DNA of 63,495 nucleotides, filler included, from Reticulomyxa filosa (lineage: Eukaryota > Protista > Foraminifera): NCBI GenBank assembly GCA_000512085.1. It is 16 parts of 16 records of this genome, joined end to end, with 100 filler letters (N's around TTAATTAATTAA, not from the genome) between each part and the next. Parts side by side here need not be neighbours in the genome. Positions count along the whole stretch, not along the records: positions 11,941 to 18,425 come from ASPP01021317.1; positions 18,526 to 33,661 come from ASPP01014715.1; 14 more parts are not named here. The stretch is one strand, 5' to 3'. This document shows, piece after piece, positions 13,935-25,091 of this stretch; within the stretch, counting starts at the first letter, position 1; each line of letters starts with the position of its first letter. The notes beneath the pieces are model-generated. The model worked only from the letters and a program-made list of their open reading frames with translations, did no database searches and was not told the DNA's origin. Made by a program: the position numbers and the translations under genes.

Positions 13935-16900
13935 ATCATCTTAAAATTTATCAAAACAATATAAATGGCTTCTATTCGAAGTCACAGATTTTAGAACAAA
14001 ATCTATATCATACACAACCTCATGTTTGTTTGCTTCAAGAATGTTTTCGTTCTGAAAGGCAAAATACAGATTATCACTTCCAATATCTGTATAATCATTA
14101 TTGGAGTGAAACAGGAAGAACTGGGATTCTTTGTAGAAGAGATATTCATTCAACCAAAAGATTGCTATGCCCACATCCATACAAATTTGATATGATGGGT
14201 TATGAATCTTGTTGGATAGAAATATCATATCCAGGCCAAAACAAACCGTTATTATTCTGTAGTATTTACAGAAATATTCAAAAATATGAAGTAAATTCAG
14301 AAGAAGATCGTTCAACTTTTAATAACAAAGCATTTTATTTACGAGAATTTGAAAAAGAATTGGTTGCTGCAAGAAAAATTAGTGATCACATTATAATCGG
14401 AGGTGATTGGAATGCTCATCACCCTGCTTGGTTAGACAAAAACGTTGATGAAATTGGTGAAGCCATTCTTAATTTTATTATCTCAAACAATTTGCATATC
14501 CTAAATACATATCCATTTGATTACACTTACTTTAAAGAAAATTGTTCATCATGTATTGACATAACACTTTGCTCTGCATCATTAGCAGGCCTTTGTTGTA
14601 ATTGGAGGACTGATGATTATGAATTGGATGCTCATTCTGATCATTTACCTATTACATTCAATATTCTTGCACAATGGGCACCACAACATGTAAAACGCCA
14701 AAAAGTTGTCACCTGGAATTTGTCAAATAACAACTGGGAATTATTTCGACAATATCTAACAAAAAATTTAACAATATGGACAGATACACTAATGAAAACA
14801 TTCCAAAATTCTCCAGAGGCTCTAGATCAAGCAGTGGAATCTTGGAGCCAGCATGTCGTCAATACGGGGAAAGTTACAATCGGACAAAAAATTACTTGGA
14901 AAGGAAACAAACCCTGGTGGAGTAATAAATTACAAAAATTACGCAAGAATGTTCACCAATTGAAACGAAATTTTAGAAAATACAGAACAACAGAAAACTA
15001 TGAAAGATATAAAGAAGCTGCTCGATCATTTAAACGTATACTTCGGTGCGAAAAACAAATACACATTACAAAAAGTATAGAGTCATTACATGAAGGAAAT
15101 ATAAGACAAATGTTCTGCCAGTTCAGATCATTGAACTCAAATAAAATTGCAATAATCCCATCATTAACAATCCTAGGAAAAGATGGAGTCACTGAATTGA
15201 TTGCCGAAGCGGATATCGACAAAGCAAATCTATTGGCTAACTGGTTTGCTCAACCACCACAGCCTCCAAAATCATCCAATGAAGATGACGGACATTATGA
15301 ATATGTTGAAGATGAAATATGTTCTGTGGTGCAAATGTCAAAAGAAGTTGAATTAAGTGAATATTATTTAATAGATAAATGGCATCAATCAGAGATCACT
15401 GAAGAAGAAGTCATTGAGGCTATCAGACATGTATCTGCATACAAATCACAAGGTCCTGATAATATCCACAATTTGATGCTGAAAAATGGTGGACAAAGTT
15501 TGATCAATTCACTGGTATTACTTTTTGGGTGGAGTTACAAAATTGGTTATTTTCCAAAAGCTTGGAAAATAGCAAATATTGTGGCGATACCTAAACCCGA
15601 CCGTGATCCGACAATTTGCAAAAATTACAGACCAATATCATTGTTATCATGTGTGGGAAAATTGATGGAAAGAATTATAACAATGAGACTAACGAAATAT
15701 TTAAACGAAAATCAAATGTTGCACCAAAGCCAGGCAGGGTTTCAATCTTGGCATAATACATCGGAACTGCTTCTGCGTATATCAGAATCAATCCATACAT
15801 CATTTGACAAGAATGGAGTCACATATGCAGCAATGTTGGATATTTCGGCAGCATACGACAGTGTATGGAGAGATGGTCTGCGATTTAAAATGAGACATGA
15901 ATTCAAACTTCATGGCAGATTATATTGGTGGATTGACAGTTTTCTGTCGGAAAGAGTAGGACAGGTTGTCCTAAATGGGATTAGTTCATCAATATACAAT
16001 TTCGATACTGGAGTTCCTCAAGGTTCATCATTGTCCCCATTATTGTTTCTATTGTACATTAATGATATTTCACAAGAGGTCCATGAACCAATTCAATGTG
16101 GAATGTTTGCAGACGATGTAGCATTATGGACATCAATTTATACGTCCAAAATGAAAGAGATGGACAACCAATTGCAGCTGCTTCAACAAAGTCTTGATGG
16201 AATTTTATTGTGGGCATCAAAATGGAAGTTGTTATTATCACCAGAAAAATCACAATGTATAACATTTCGTAAAAAAAATAAAAGAAACTACCCACTACTA
16301 TCTCTTCATCTTGGGGATGCAAAAATACCTGAAACAAACAAAGTAAAGTACTTAGGATTAATTATGGACTCACATCTAACGTACAAAGAACATGTCAACT
16401 ATGTATATGGGAAAGCATCAAGAAAACTTGGATACTTGACATTCCTGTGCTCTTATAAAGGAATTAGACCTAGTATGAATGTTTATAACCTGCTGTATAA
16501 AACAATCATTAGACCAAATTTAGAATATGCTTGTGCATTCTGGAATGGTGCTGCTGAGTCACACAAGAAAAAATTGGAAAGAATTCAACGAATTGCGATG
16601 TGCAGAATATTGGGAGTAATGCAAAGTAGTGCATATGATACCGTCAATATCATAGCTCAAGTACCTCCCTTAGAATTAAGAAGACAACAAGAAGAGGTAA
16701 AATTATTTCAAAGATGTGAGAAATATATGGAAAACTTCCCAAGACACAATCTTAGTCAATCATACCAGTTATGGAAAAATAATCATCAATTCAAAACTGA
16801 TGAATATTTTTGTTGGTTAGGAAAACTTTCGACCCTATCTCGTGCGTGTATTAACATAGAATTAGCTATGCTACATGGAATCAATATGGATCACCATTTG

Positions 16901-17983
16901 AAGCCATTCCAAAAAATCCCAGCAAACTGTCTGACATATATTCCACATCCAATTAAATCACCATTTGATAGATGGAGTGAGCCGACTCCAAGTCAAATTT
17001 TATCATCATTGGACGAAACATGTGTGGTCATATTTACAGATGGTAGTACAATGCCCAACCCAGGTATTGGAGGAGTTGGACTTGTGATTCAAGACAATTC
17101 TATGCCTAAATGGATTGAATTACAAATTCCAATTCAAGGCATTACCACAAGTATTGGTAGTGAAATTGAGTCAATTAAAACTGCATTGGAGTACACATTA
17201 AAGTACTATCAGAATAAGGATAACCGAGTAATTATTATGAATGACTGCAAATTTGCAGTAAACGCAATTACAAACAAATGGGATGCAGAAATGTACAAAA
17301 AACAAGTGGATACGTGTCAAAAAATAATGTTACAAATGGGATCTGAAAATGTACCAGAAATATATTGGATTAAAGGTCATTCAGGCATTCCAGGAAATGA
17401 AAAAGCTGACGAAGTGGCAAAAAAAGCAAGGCAAAATGCTCAATCAAATCAACCTGGATTATATCAAAGACCTGATAAAAGTGCATCATTTTTGAATGCA
17501 GATGGATTAGGTCCATATTTCACATTAATATGGAATAGACATTGGACAAACGAAGGTAATGAAGACAATCCTCATGCACACCCAAAAAAATTCCTACGTA
17601 ATCTGATTGATGCACAATCATTTGAAAAGATTGTACTACATCAATTAGAAGTACACGAACGAAGGACCATATGTAGAGTTATTACTGGAAAAGTAGGGTT
17701 AAACTATTACCTCCATAAAATCAATCGTGCAAATGCACCAGAATGTTCGTGGTGCGGCAATGAACCCGAAACTGTGGAGCATTTCTTGATGAAATGTCCA
17801 CGTTACAATGATTTACGTATGGTGTGGCATTCAAAGGTGGTTGATATAATCCCAGAATTAGATATGAAACAAATGAGAATGAGAAAATTGGTGATTGGTG
17901 ATAGACGATGGCCATCTGAAAAAAGAGTCAAAATAGTGAAAGAATTGGCAAGATTTGTTGCAGCAACAAAAAGGAAGTTGTGA
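13928..17983 (+). CDS. LINE ORF2: AP-endonuclease, reverse transcriptase, RNase H and C-terminal CCHC knuckle
   Basis: APE motifs QNNINGF, LLQEC, GGDWNAHH, IDITL, SDHLPI; RT motifs KSQGPDNI, YRPISLLS, LDISAAYDSV, GVPQGSSLSPLLF, FADD, KYLG; RNase H motifs FTDGS, SEIESI, NDC, WIKGHSGIPGNEKAD; knuckle CSWC..ETVEHFLMKC. Confidence 0.97.
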   Translation: MVNHLKIYQNNINGFYSKSQILEQNLYHTQPHVCLLQECFRSERQNTDYHFQYLYNHYWSETGRTGILCRRDIHSTKRLLCPHPYKFDMMGYESCWIEISYPGQNKPLLFCSIYRNIQKYEVNSEEDRSTFNNKAFYLREFEKELVAARKISDHIIIGGDWNAHHPAWLDKNVDEIGEAILNFIISNNLHILNTYPFDYTYFKENCSSCIDITLCSASLAGLCCNWRTDDYELDAHSDHLPITFNILAQWAPQHVKRQKVVTWNLSNNNWELFRQYLTKNLTIWTDTLMKTFQNSPEALDQAVESWSQHVVNTGKVTIGQKITWKGNKPWWSNKLQKLRKNVHQLKRNFRKYRTTENYERYKEAARSFKRILRCEKQIHITKSIESLHEGNIRQMFCQFRSLNSNKIAIIPSLTILGKDGVTELIAEADIDKANLLANWFAQPPQPPKSSNEDDGHYEYVEDEICSVVQMSKEVELSEYYLIDKWHQSEITEEEVIEAIRHVSAYKSQGPDNIHNLMLKNGGQSLINSLVLLFGWSYKIGYFPKAWKIANIVAIPKPDRDPTICKNYRPISLLSCVGKLMERIITMRLTKYLNENQMLHQSQAGFQSWHNTSELLLRISESIHTSFDKNGVTYAAMLDISAAYDSVWRDGLRFKMRHEFKLHGRLYWWIDSFLSERVGQVVLNGISSSIYNFDTGVPQGSSLSPLLFLLYINDISQEVHEPIQCGMFADDVALWTSIYTSKMKEMDNQLQLLQQSLDGILLWASKWKLLLSPEKSQCITFRKKNKRNYPLLSLHLGDAKIPETNKVKYLGLIMDSHLTYKEHVNYVYGKASRKLGYLTFLCSYKGIRPSMNVYNLLYKTIIRPNLEYACAFWNGAAESHKKKLERIQRIAMCRILGVMQSSAYDTVNIIAQVPPLELRRQQEEVKLFQRCEKYMENFPRHNLSQSYQLWKNNHQFKTDEYFCWLGKLSTLSRACINIELAMLHGINMDHHLKPFQKIPANCLTYIPHPIKSPFDRWSEPTPSQILSSLDETCVVIFTDGSTMPNPGIGGVGLVIQDNSMPKWIELQIPIQGITTSIGSEIESIKTALEYTLKYYQNKDNRVIIMNDCKFAVNAITNKWDAEMYKKQVDTCQKIMLQMGSENVPEIYWIKGHSGIPGNEKADEVAKKARQNAQSNQPGLYQRPDKSASFLNADGLGPYFTLIWNRHWTNEGNEDNPHAHPKKFLRNLIDAQSFEKIVLHQLEVHERRTICRVITGKVGLNYYLHKINRANAPECSWCGNEPETVEHFLMKCPRYNDLRMVWHSKVVDIIPELDMKQMRMRKLVIGDRRWPSEKRVKIVKELARFVAATKRKL

Positions 17984-18307
17984 TTGGAAAGAGTAAGTAT
18001 ACGCCAAGCGAGCAACACAAAAACAAGACATCCAAATATAAGAAAGTTTTTTATGAGAAGTGATAATCAGATATTGGGGTGACATTAGCTTTAATATCAG
18101 GCAAAAACAGTGGAAGTAGGCAGAAAAGAGAGCTGCCAACAAACTAAAACCAGGGCACATACAAAGTTCAAACAAAGAACAGTGAAACTGACCCAACCAA
18201 ACTAAAATTTCGTTTTTTTAAAAATAGGTCAAACTTTGAAACTAGTTGTACGTTCTTTTTCGTTTTTTTCTTTTAGTGCCATGTCCTTTTTGGACCAGGT
18301 ACGGTAA

Positions 18308-18396
18308 ACTTGTTTTGATTGCAGATAGGATACTGTGATACTGATGATTTGACTGACTTTGGTCGGTGAACATCAATCACAACCATCTGCACAAGT
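18308..18396 (+). other. Long imperfect stem-loop at the LINE 3' end, immediately before poly(A)
   Basis: Nested pairs ACTTG/CAAGT, TGCAGAT/ATCTGCA, TGTGAT/ATCACA, TGATG/CATCA and ACTGAC/GTCGGT around a TTTG loop. Confidence 0.75.
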
Positions 18397-20103
18397 GAAA
18401 AAAAAAAAAAAAAAAAAAAACAAAANNNNNNNNNNNNNNNNNNNNNNNNNNNNNNNNNNNNNNNNNNNNTTAATTAATTAANNNNNNNNNNNNNNNNNNN
18501 NNNNNNNNNNNNNNNNNNNNNNNNNCGCATTAACACTCCTGATTTTTTTTGTCTTCATTTTCATTTGCTGCGCTTGAGGAGGGATGCAATTTTTTCAACA
18601 TTTGCAATATAAACACATGCAGCAAGTTTTTTTATTTTGTTTTAGCTCATTGGCGTCCCTGTTCCCTCTTTCAAAATGCAATGATATTGAAATATTTATT
18701 TTTAAATCTTAAAACCATCTTAATCTTAAAAAATCCAATGAAACTATCACAAATGTAAAATTATCTTTTCTTTAAAGGAAAATATTATTTGAATTATCTA
18801 AGACTTGTCTTTTTTTTTTTGACTAAACGACAAAAAATAGTAATTAATAGTTATGGAAAAAAAAAGTTCTTTTTTATTGATATTTGTCTGTGTATTTTAT
18901 TGTTTGGGTTCTGGTTTCGCTTGTTTGCTTGAACCAGTTCCCCTTTTCAGACTTTTTTTTCCAAAGATGCAATACTTGATCAATCTGACCGTTTTGGCCT
19001 TTCTATTTCTCACACATAAAGTATCAGTCAATGCACTCATGGTTTGGTCCTGACTTTTGACACTGTCCTGAATCGGTCAAACCTACCGACTAAAGCTCAC
19101 CGACACACTGAATATTGGGAGAAAGCGATGAAAATAACTACAAAACAATAAAACAAAAAATAAAGTTGAAATTCAAATGGTTTGGTAATCCGTAGTGAAC
19201 TGAAAAGAATAAAGATAAAATTGCTTATCAAGCAAATCAAAACAACTCTTCAAAAAAATTCAAAAACATAAGTTTTTATTTAATGTTGTAGTTCACTTTT
19301 TTTTCATCCAGTTACTATCTCGAAAAGTTGTGACTGCTAAAAGTGGTTGTCCGTGTTGTTTGAATTGTTGGAAAAATCAGAAATGCTGGAAAAGCTTGAA
19401 GATTTGGAAGAATTAGAAGATCTTGGAGAATTTACATTATTTTCACGGACCAAAGTTGTTCTTCCTATAAAAAAACAAACAATTGAATATTTAAATAAGA
19501 AAAAAAAAATGCTTAACTAGTCAGTGGAGCCACTAACACGATCAAACCAAAAAAGATTCCCAGCAAAGTAATACAAATAACAGGATGCGTTTGATCTTTG
19601 CCAAAATTACCAGCATACAACAGCACGACGACGCTACTATTTTGTCAAATGAATCCTGCTAACTCTTTCAATTAAATGCTCATTGCCATCTTTAATTGAT
19701 GCCGCTTTCATGTTTATTCACTTTAAAATATAGAAAAAAGCAACACTATTGAAATAATCTTTCCAATAAAAAAAAAATGGCAAGACATAGTAATAATAAA
19801 AAAAAATGTTAAGTCTTATCAAAATATAATTTTATAAATCAAACAACATAATGCACGACCATTTCTGTCAAATAATGTAAAATATTTATAAAACTCTAAA
19901 TTTCGCAATTGAAAAAGGCTTAATATTTTCAATAAAATAAAAAAATAAAATACATTGTCTTAAAGTAACATATAAAAAATTAAGTTTAAAATAACCATCT
20001 TGGAAAAACAGAAAATAAAAAAAAATATTCGCTAGCACAAGGTGCCGGCGAACAAATTTTTTTTATTTGTTTTTGTAAAGAGATTTAATTCAAACTTAAT
20101 TTT

Positions 20104-21890
20104 TGTTTCATGCAAGAATAAGGTTTTGTATGTCACAAAAACCTAAATTTAAAAGTCCACTGTTTGACAAAAAAACCGACAAACATTTTTTTGCATAAAA
20201 ATCCATATGAAATTTTAAAAAACCTTATCATTCGATTGCAACAGTCGTTTTTTTGGATCTGTAGATCAAGTGCCAACCACGAAGATTGATATGATTTATG
20301 CATGTGTTGCAAAAAATGGTTCGTTTTGATTGCAAAAATAATACACCGCTCCTAGTTACAAAAGATAAATGCAAAGCTGACATCAACGATTCATGTTCTA
20401 CAATTGGACGAAAAAATTTGTTGCAGAATTTTAATATAATCGGCCCCTCTGGATAGGTTTCGCCATTTGCCATCAAAAAACAAAGATTAATGTTGAAGCA
20501 TAATGACCAAGTTAATTCATTATTTTTTCCGTCCTGAAAATCAGTTGCAGCAATACCGATTGCGGAATACGTAGCTGTATGTAGTCCATACTCGGTAGGC
20601 CGCTTCACCATCTATACTGGCGACAATACCAACTTCCAGTCAAGCACCATCCAAAAATACGCCAGTTCCTAGTTCATTACTTCCGTTGTCGCTGCCTCAC
20701 ACGTTTTACCACAATACACAAAGATACACAATTACAAAATGTGTTAACGAGAAAGGACTCGCGATCGTCACTGGCAAAAAACATATCACAAAACGCAGTC
20801 CGGACATTCACAGAAAATGCCAATACTCGTACAAATTCCATGCTCACTGCACTGTCAGTAAGTCAATCATCTGCGTATTTGCACGCTTCCCCAAACAAAT
20901 TTTCTCGCACATTGTCCGATAATAGCAAGTTTCAAGCTATTCTCCTTATCGGTTGATAGTCGCCGCCACTGTGGGGAATCTTGTAAAGAAAAAATGGACC
21001 AATTCGGGGGCCACGCGTTGTTCTGTGTCCACTGTAAATGAATAATAGCTCACCATAACAGGGTCATCGCATGCATATCCAACCTTCTTAAGCGTACGGT
21101 GCTCCCATAAGCGTGAGCTTGTTATAAACACAGAAACCAAATATCGTGCAGGTGATATCGTTATGAAATTGTTCAATGATCCAAGTGACATTACCTTATT
21201 TGATGTTGACATCACTCATGGTCAGGTAGAAAACGTCACAGTCAATCTCATTCAAGCATTAGACCATTATTTCAACAATAAAATGAGCAAAGCATGCCAG
21301 AAATAGATTGTCCTATGTCCCTTTGATAGCAGATAAAACAGGATGTTGGCATAAAGAAGCAAACGACTTTTTTCACAATATTGCCAGGTACTGGCGGACA
21401 AGGAAATCAGTTCGGTTCAAGATACCGCAAATTGATATACCAAAAAGTCAGCGTATCCATCCAGAAAGGTAACGCGCTTTCCTTTAGACTAACTGCAGAT
21501 GAGCAAACTAGGACTCAATATACTTATGAAATAATTTTTTGTATAACGATTTGTTTGTTAGTTTTATTCATTCAGTCATGTTTGAATAACAGTTTTTGCT
21601 TATTTAATTTTTTGCTTTCTTCTTAATTTAACATCAACTTTGTGTTTTCTCTCTTTAAAAACCGACAAACATTTTTCTGCAGAAAAATCAAATGAAATTT
21701 TAAAAAACAGTTCGCATTCTCGTTTGATTTCATACGAAAAGATTTAACAGCGCCTTTTTGTGATTTGTTTCATGCAAGAATAATGTTTTGTATTGCACAA
21801 AAACCTAGATTAAAAGGTCCATTGTTTGACAAAAAACCGACAAATTTTTTTTCTGCAGAAAAATCCATAGATAATTCTGTAAAACAGTTT
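20104..21890. repeat. Degenerate ~175-bp tandem repeat (copies at about 20104-20223, 21657-21830 and 21831-21890) interrupted by a retroelement
   Basis: TGTTTCATGCAAGAATAA..CACAAAAACCTA..GTCCA.TGTTTGACAAAAAACCGACAAA recurs at 20104 and 21766; AAAAACCGACAAA recurs at 20171, 21657 and 21832. Confidence 0.8.
20224..21656 (+). mobile_element. 5'-truncated, decayed non-LTR retrotransposon with a restriction-like endonuclease (CRE/R2-group)
   Basis: Motifs in the expected order across frames: CGIRS; LTALSVSQSSAYLHASPNKFSRTLSDNSKFQAIL; CGESCKEKMDQFGGHALFC and HHNRV (CCHC, RHN-like); KRE..RAGDIV..LFDVDITH (PD..D); KMSK; VPLIADKTGCWHKEAKRLF; YQKVSVSIQKGNA. Several stops and frameshifts. Confidence 0.8.
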
Positions 21891-23825
21891 TAATTTGAGC
21901 TTGCTTTTATACAAAAATATTTGATTGATGTTTGTTTTAAAATAGAAAAAAGGAAAAGCTTTTTGATGAAATATTTACATAGTGTATGTATTTTTTTAAA
22001 AATTTTTTGATTTAATTGTGTAAGCAACATACAAAGAAAAAATGCGAATTAGCGTATGAAACAAAATTTGTCCAATTATTTATTTCATAAGCGAAAATAT
22101 GTTATTTTTCATCGTTCCCAGTATAAATGCAGGCAAAAACTTTATTACCTTTTCTTTACTTATACTGCTGTCATATGTTCTTCATTATTTTAAATAACAA
22201 TTTATCACTTTCATAATACCTACAGATTTATATGCATTTTGCTGTTGTTTGTGCTTCAACCAAGCCTTTATTTTTTACTAATGTCTGTTACTTGACAGTT
22301 CACCAACATTTCTATCGGATTTTCAATACGATGTGTTCAAATTAGAAGCAACAAAAACCATGTTGCAGATTTTTGTTTTTTCTTTTTTTTTGACCCTTTT
22401 TTTTGGAGTTTTTCGTTCACCAGTTTTCTGTTCCCTTTAACATGTAGTAGAATGACTTACAAAAATTTTAATACCATTATTATAAATTTTGTAGCTTATT
22501 CATTTTTTTTTAAAAAAAAAGTTTCATTATATCAATAATGGAGAACGAAAATCTTTGTGTCAAAATCTTTGAGAAAAAGTTGATAATCATGAAATTTGCC
22601 AACTTTTTTTGAGCAGTTTCAAAAAATGTTCCACCGTAACATTTTCCGCCTTTTTTTTTTAAATAACAAGATTTCGCAATGAAAACGAATAAATACAATT
22701 TGTTGAAAAAATACATTAAAATAGAAAACATTAATCTGGTTAAAAAAACAAAAATGACAGTAAATCTGTTTTTATATTAAGGATATTATAATGCAAATGA
22801 AAACTTTTAAACTTGATTTTTCTATGATAGTATCTATGTTGCCTTTCTTTTTGTTTTTTGTCTTCGGGAACTCTTTTGCTTCTTTGCTTTTGGAAGTTTA
22901 TCTGTATTATTTGATTTTTCTTATTTTCTGGTCTTTTATATCTTCGTTTTTGGCGTCGAAGCGTCTTTTCTTTTTTCTGGCTTCAGACTGTTTTTTCCTT
23001 CTGTCTTGCAATCTGTATTTATTTCGATATGTACATGTCAGACATGTACATATGGAATATTTTGGAGTCAATTTTCAAAGTTCTTTAAATCTTCAAAGTC
23101 ACTGACTTAGTATGAGTCAGATGATGCGAAGTGTAGTTTGAATTTTATTTTTTATATAGTAATTATGATCTCATTATGACGTAGTTAGAAGAATCACTAC
23201 AACATGATTTATTTTTCAATACATAAAAAAAATTAGCGCAAAAAATTTAAAAAATGAAAAACTTACTATAACATTCAATTTTTGTTACACTAACTCATGT
23301 TTCATATTTTTCCTACAAAAGGAAAATGATAATAGTAAAAGTTTGTGTAATGAATACTTATTTACATCATGACACAACATTTAATGATACTTTTCTTTTT
23401 TTTTTTTAAGTATTATTCTTTGAAAAATTCTAGTTACAAACGGATAAAGTACGCAAATAATTCAAACTGGAGTAAAATTAGTAGTAAAATGAAGGCACAA
23501 TTAGTTCTTTTTTGTTAATGTCCATTAATATAAACACATTGAAAACGAATTAAAATTTCGAGGATTTTTCCAAGTATGAAAAACATATCGACAAGACGAA
23601 ATAAACTGTGAAAATAATTAATTACCAAAAAAAATTAAGGTTTAGTGATCAACAAATTAAAGACCAACCCGCACATAATCTACCAGTAATACTCGATAAT
23701 AATAATAAAAAAAAAATCCCCTTTTATATCCCTCTCCTTCTCCAAAGTAATAAGGTTATTTGAACGACATACTACTTTTGAAGATTGTAATTGAATTCGA
23801 ACGGGGTACGTATACATATGTATGA

Positions 23826-24642
23826 TCAAACTAATTCGTTAGTGTTTTGGCAGACGAAAAGGAGTTGACATTCCAAAAAAAAGGGGGGAGGGAAGGGGGG
23901 CAACCAAGAAAAAAAAAAAAAAAAAATCGGAATGTGGAAATCAAGAAGTTTGGGGCATGTTTTGAGTAAAGCGTGAAATGAAGGTAGAAAAGGAGCTGTC
24001 GTGCAAGCATTGGCATTGTTGAACGATGGCTTCATTCATTTTGGCATACAAGCAAGTGCGAACAATGGACTCGTTTAAAAACTGTTTGGACTTGCAAAAC
24101 TCGACAATTTCGACAAAGTCAATTGCATAAACTTTTCAACGTGCACCAAGCAAATCATGAAAGCAACTCTGAGAAAGATGGAGAAATCTTTGATCAAAAA
24201 CAAGTCCCAAATGTAAAGCGTGATATTCGTATCAATGTTTGGATATGCAAACAAGCAATGCAGCCACGGCGACAGCATTGCACGCAGGCATTCCATCGAC
24301 TCAAAGTATTTATGCAACCGCGGCAAGTGGCACTCCAGCAACTGGTTCAGCGCTTTTTCGCATCGCACATACCCCGGCAATTCCGGAATAAATAATGAAC
24401 GTGCGTAATATTTCTTATCACACAATACCGTTACAAACATCCAAAACGCTTCCTCTTCCGACTTCATTTCTATCATTTTTTAAAAATATATACACATATA
24501 CATATATACATATATGTATACGTATACGTATATTTGTTTTTGGTAAACTTCAACAATTTTTTTTTTTTTTTTTCCTCACTCATTTTCAAACCCCTCCTCT
24601 TGTTATTATTATTATTATTTGTTTTGTTTGATTGTATGTGCA

Positions 24643-24673
<31 letters not shown>

Positions 24674-25052
24674 ATATGTAAAATACACCTTTCAATAAAA
24701 AGCCGGCGATATAATTCATCCCTTGACAATATCCCAAATCTGTGTCAAAGTTTGCGTAGGCGAGCAGCAGCCTTTTCAGCTCGTCGGCCAGCACGCGTTG
24801 GGGGTTGTGTTCGGAGCACACGTGGGCGCCAAAGGTCCTGAAGACGTCCTTGTTGATGTCGTGCTCGACTTGGGTGTCGCAAGACTTGCAGGACAGCAAT
24901 TGGTAGTAGTTCTCGGGATACCTTCTTTGAAGGTGGTACGCGCCGGATAAAACGAACCAAACATGACTACGCACATCGCGCGATATCGGATGCTTGTTTA
25001 CTAATGACTTGGCACACTGATGTAATCGTTTCAATTTCGCATCATCTTTATC

Positions 25053-25091
<39 letters not shown>

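Larger units (their letters stand above)
12077..18425 (+). mobile_element. Near full-length non-LTR retrotransposon (LINE) of the APE-RT-RNase H type (I/Tad1/Loa-like architecture)
   Basis: 5' UTR, gag-like ORF1, intronless 1351-aa ORF2, ~410-nt 3' UTR and poly(A) at 18398-18425; 5' boundary inferred from the upstream A-tract and the ATCACTT/TCATT initiator-like motif. Confidence 0.93.

Noticed and set aside
18334-18381. Hammerhead ribozyme (CTGATGA..GAA) or SECIS in the LINE 3' UTR
   Set aside because: GAAC replaces GAAA with no stem III/UH site; for SECIS, helix II is too short and there is no apical AA; a plain hairpin explains the pairing
20228-20611. 127-aa minus-strand ORF as an independent gene
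   Set aside because: It is antisense to the decayed RLE retrotransposon and has no motif
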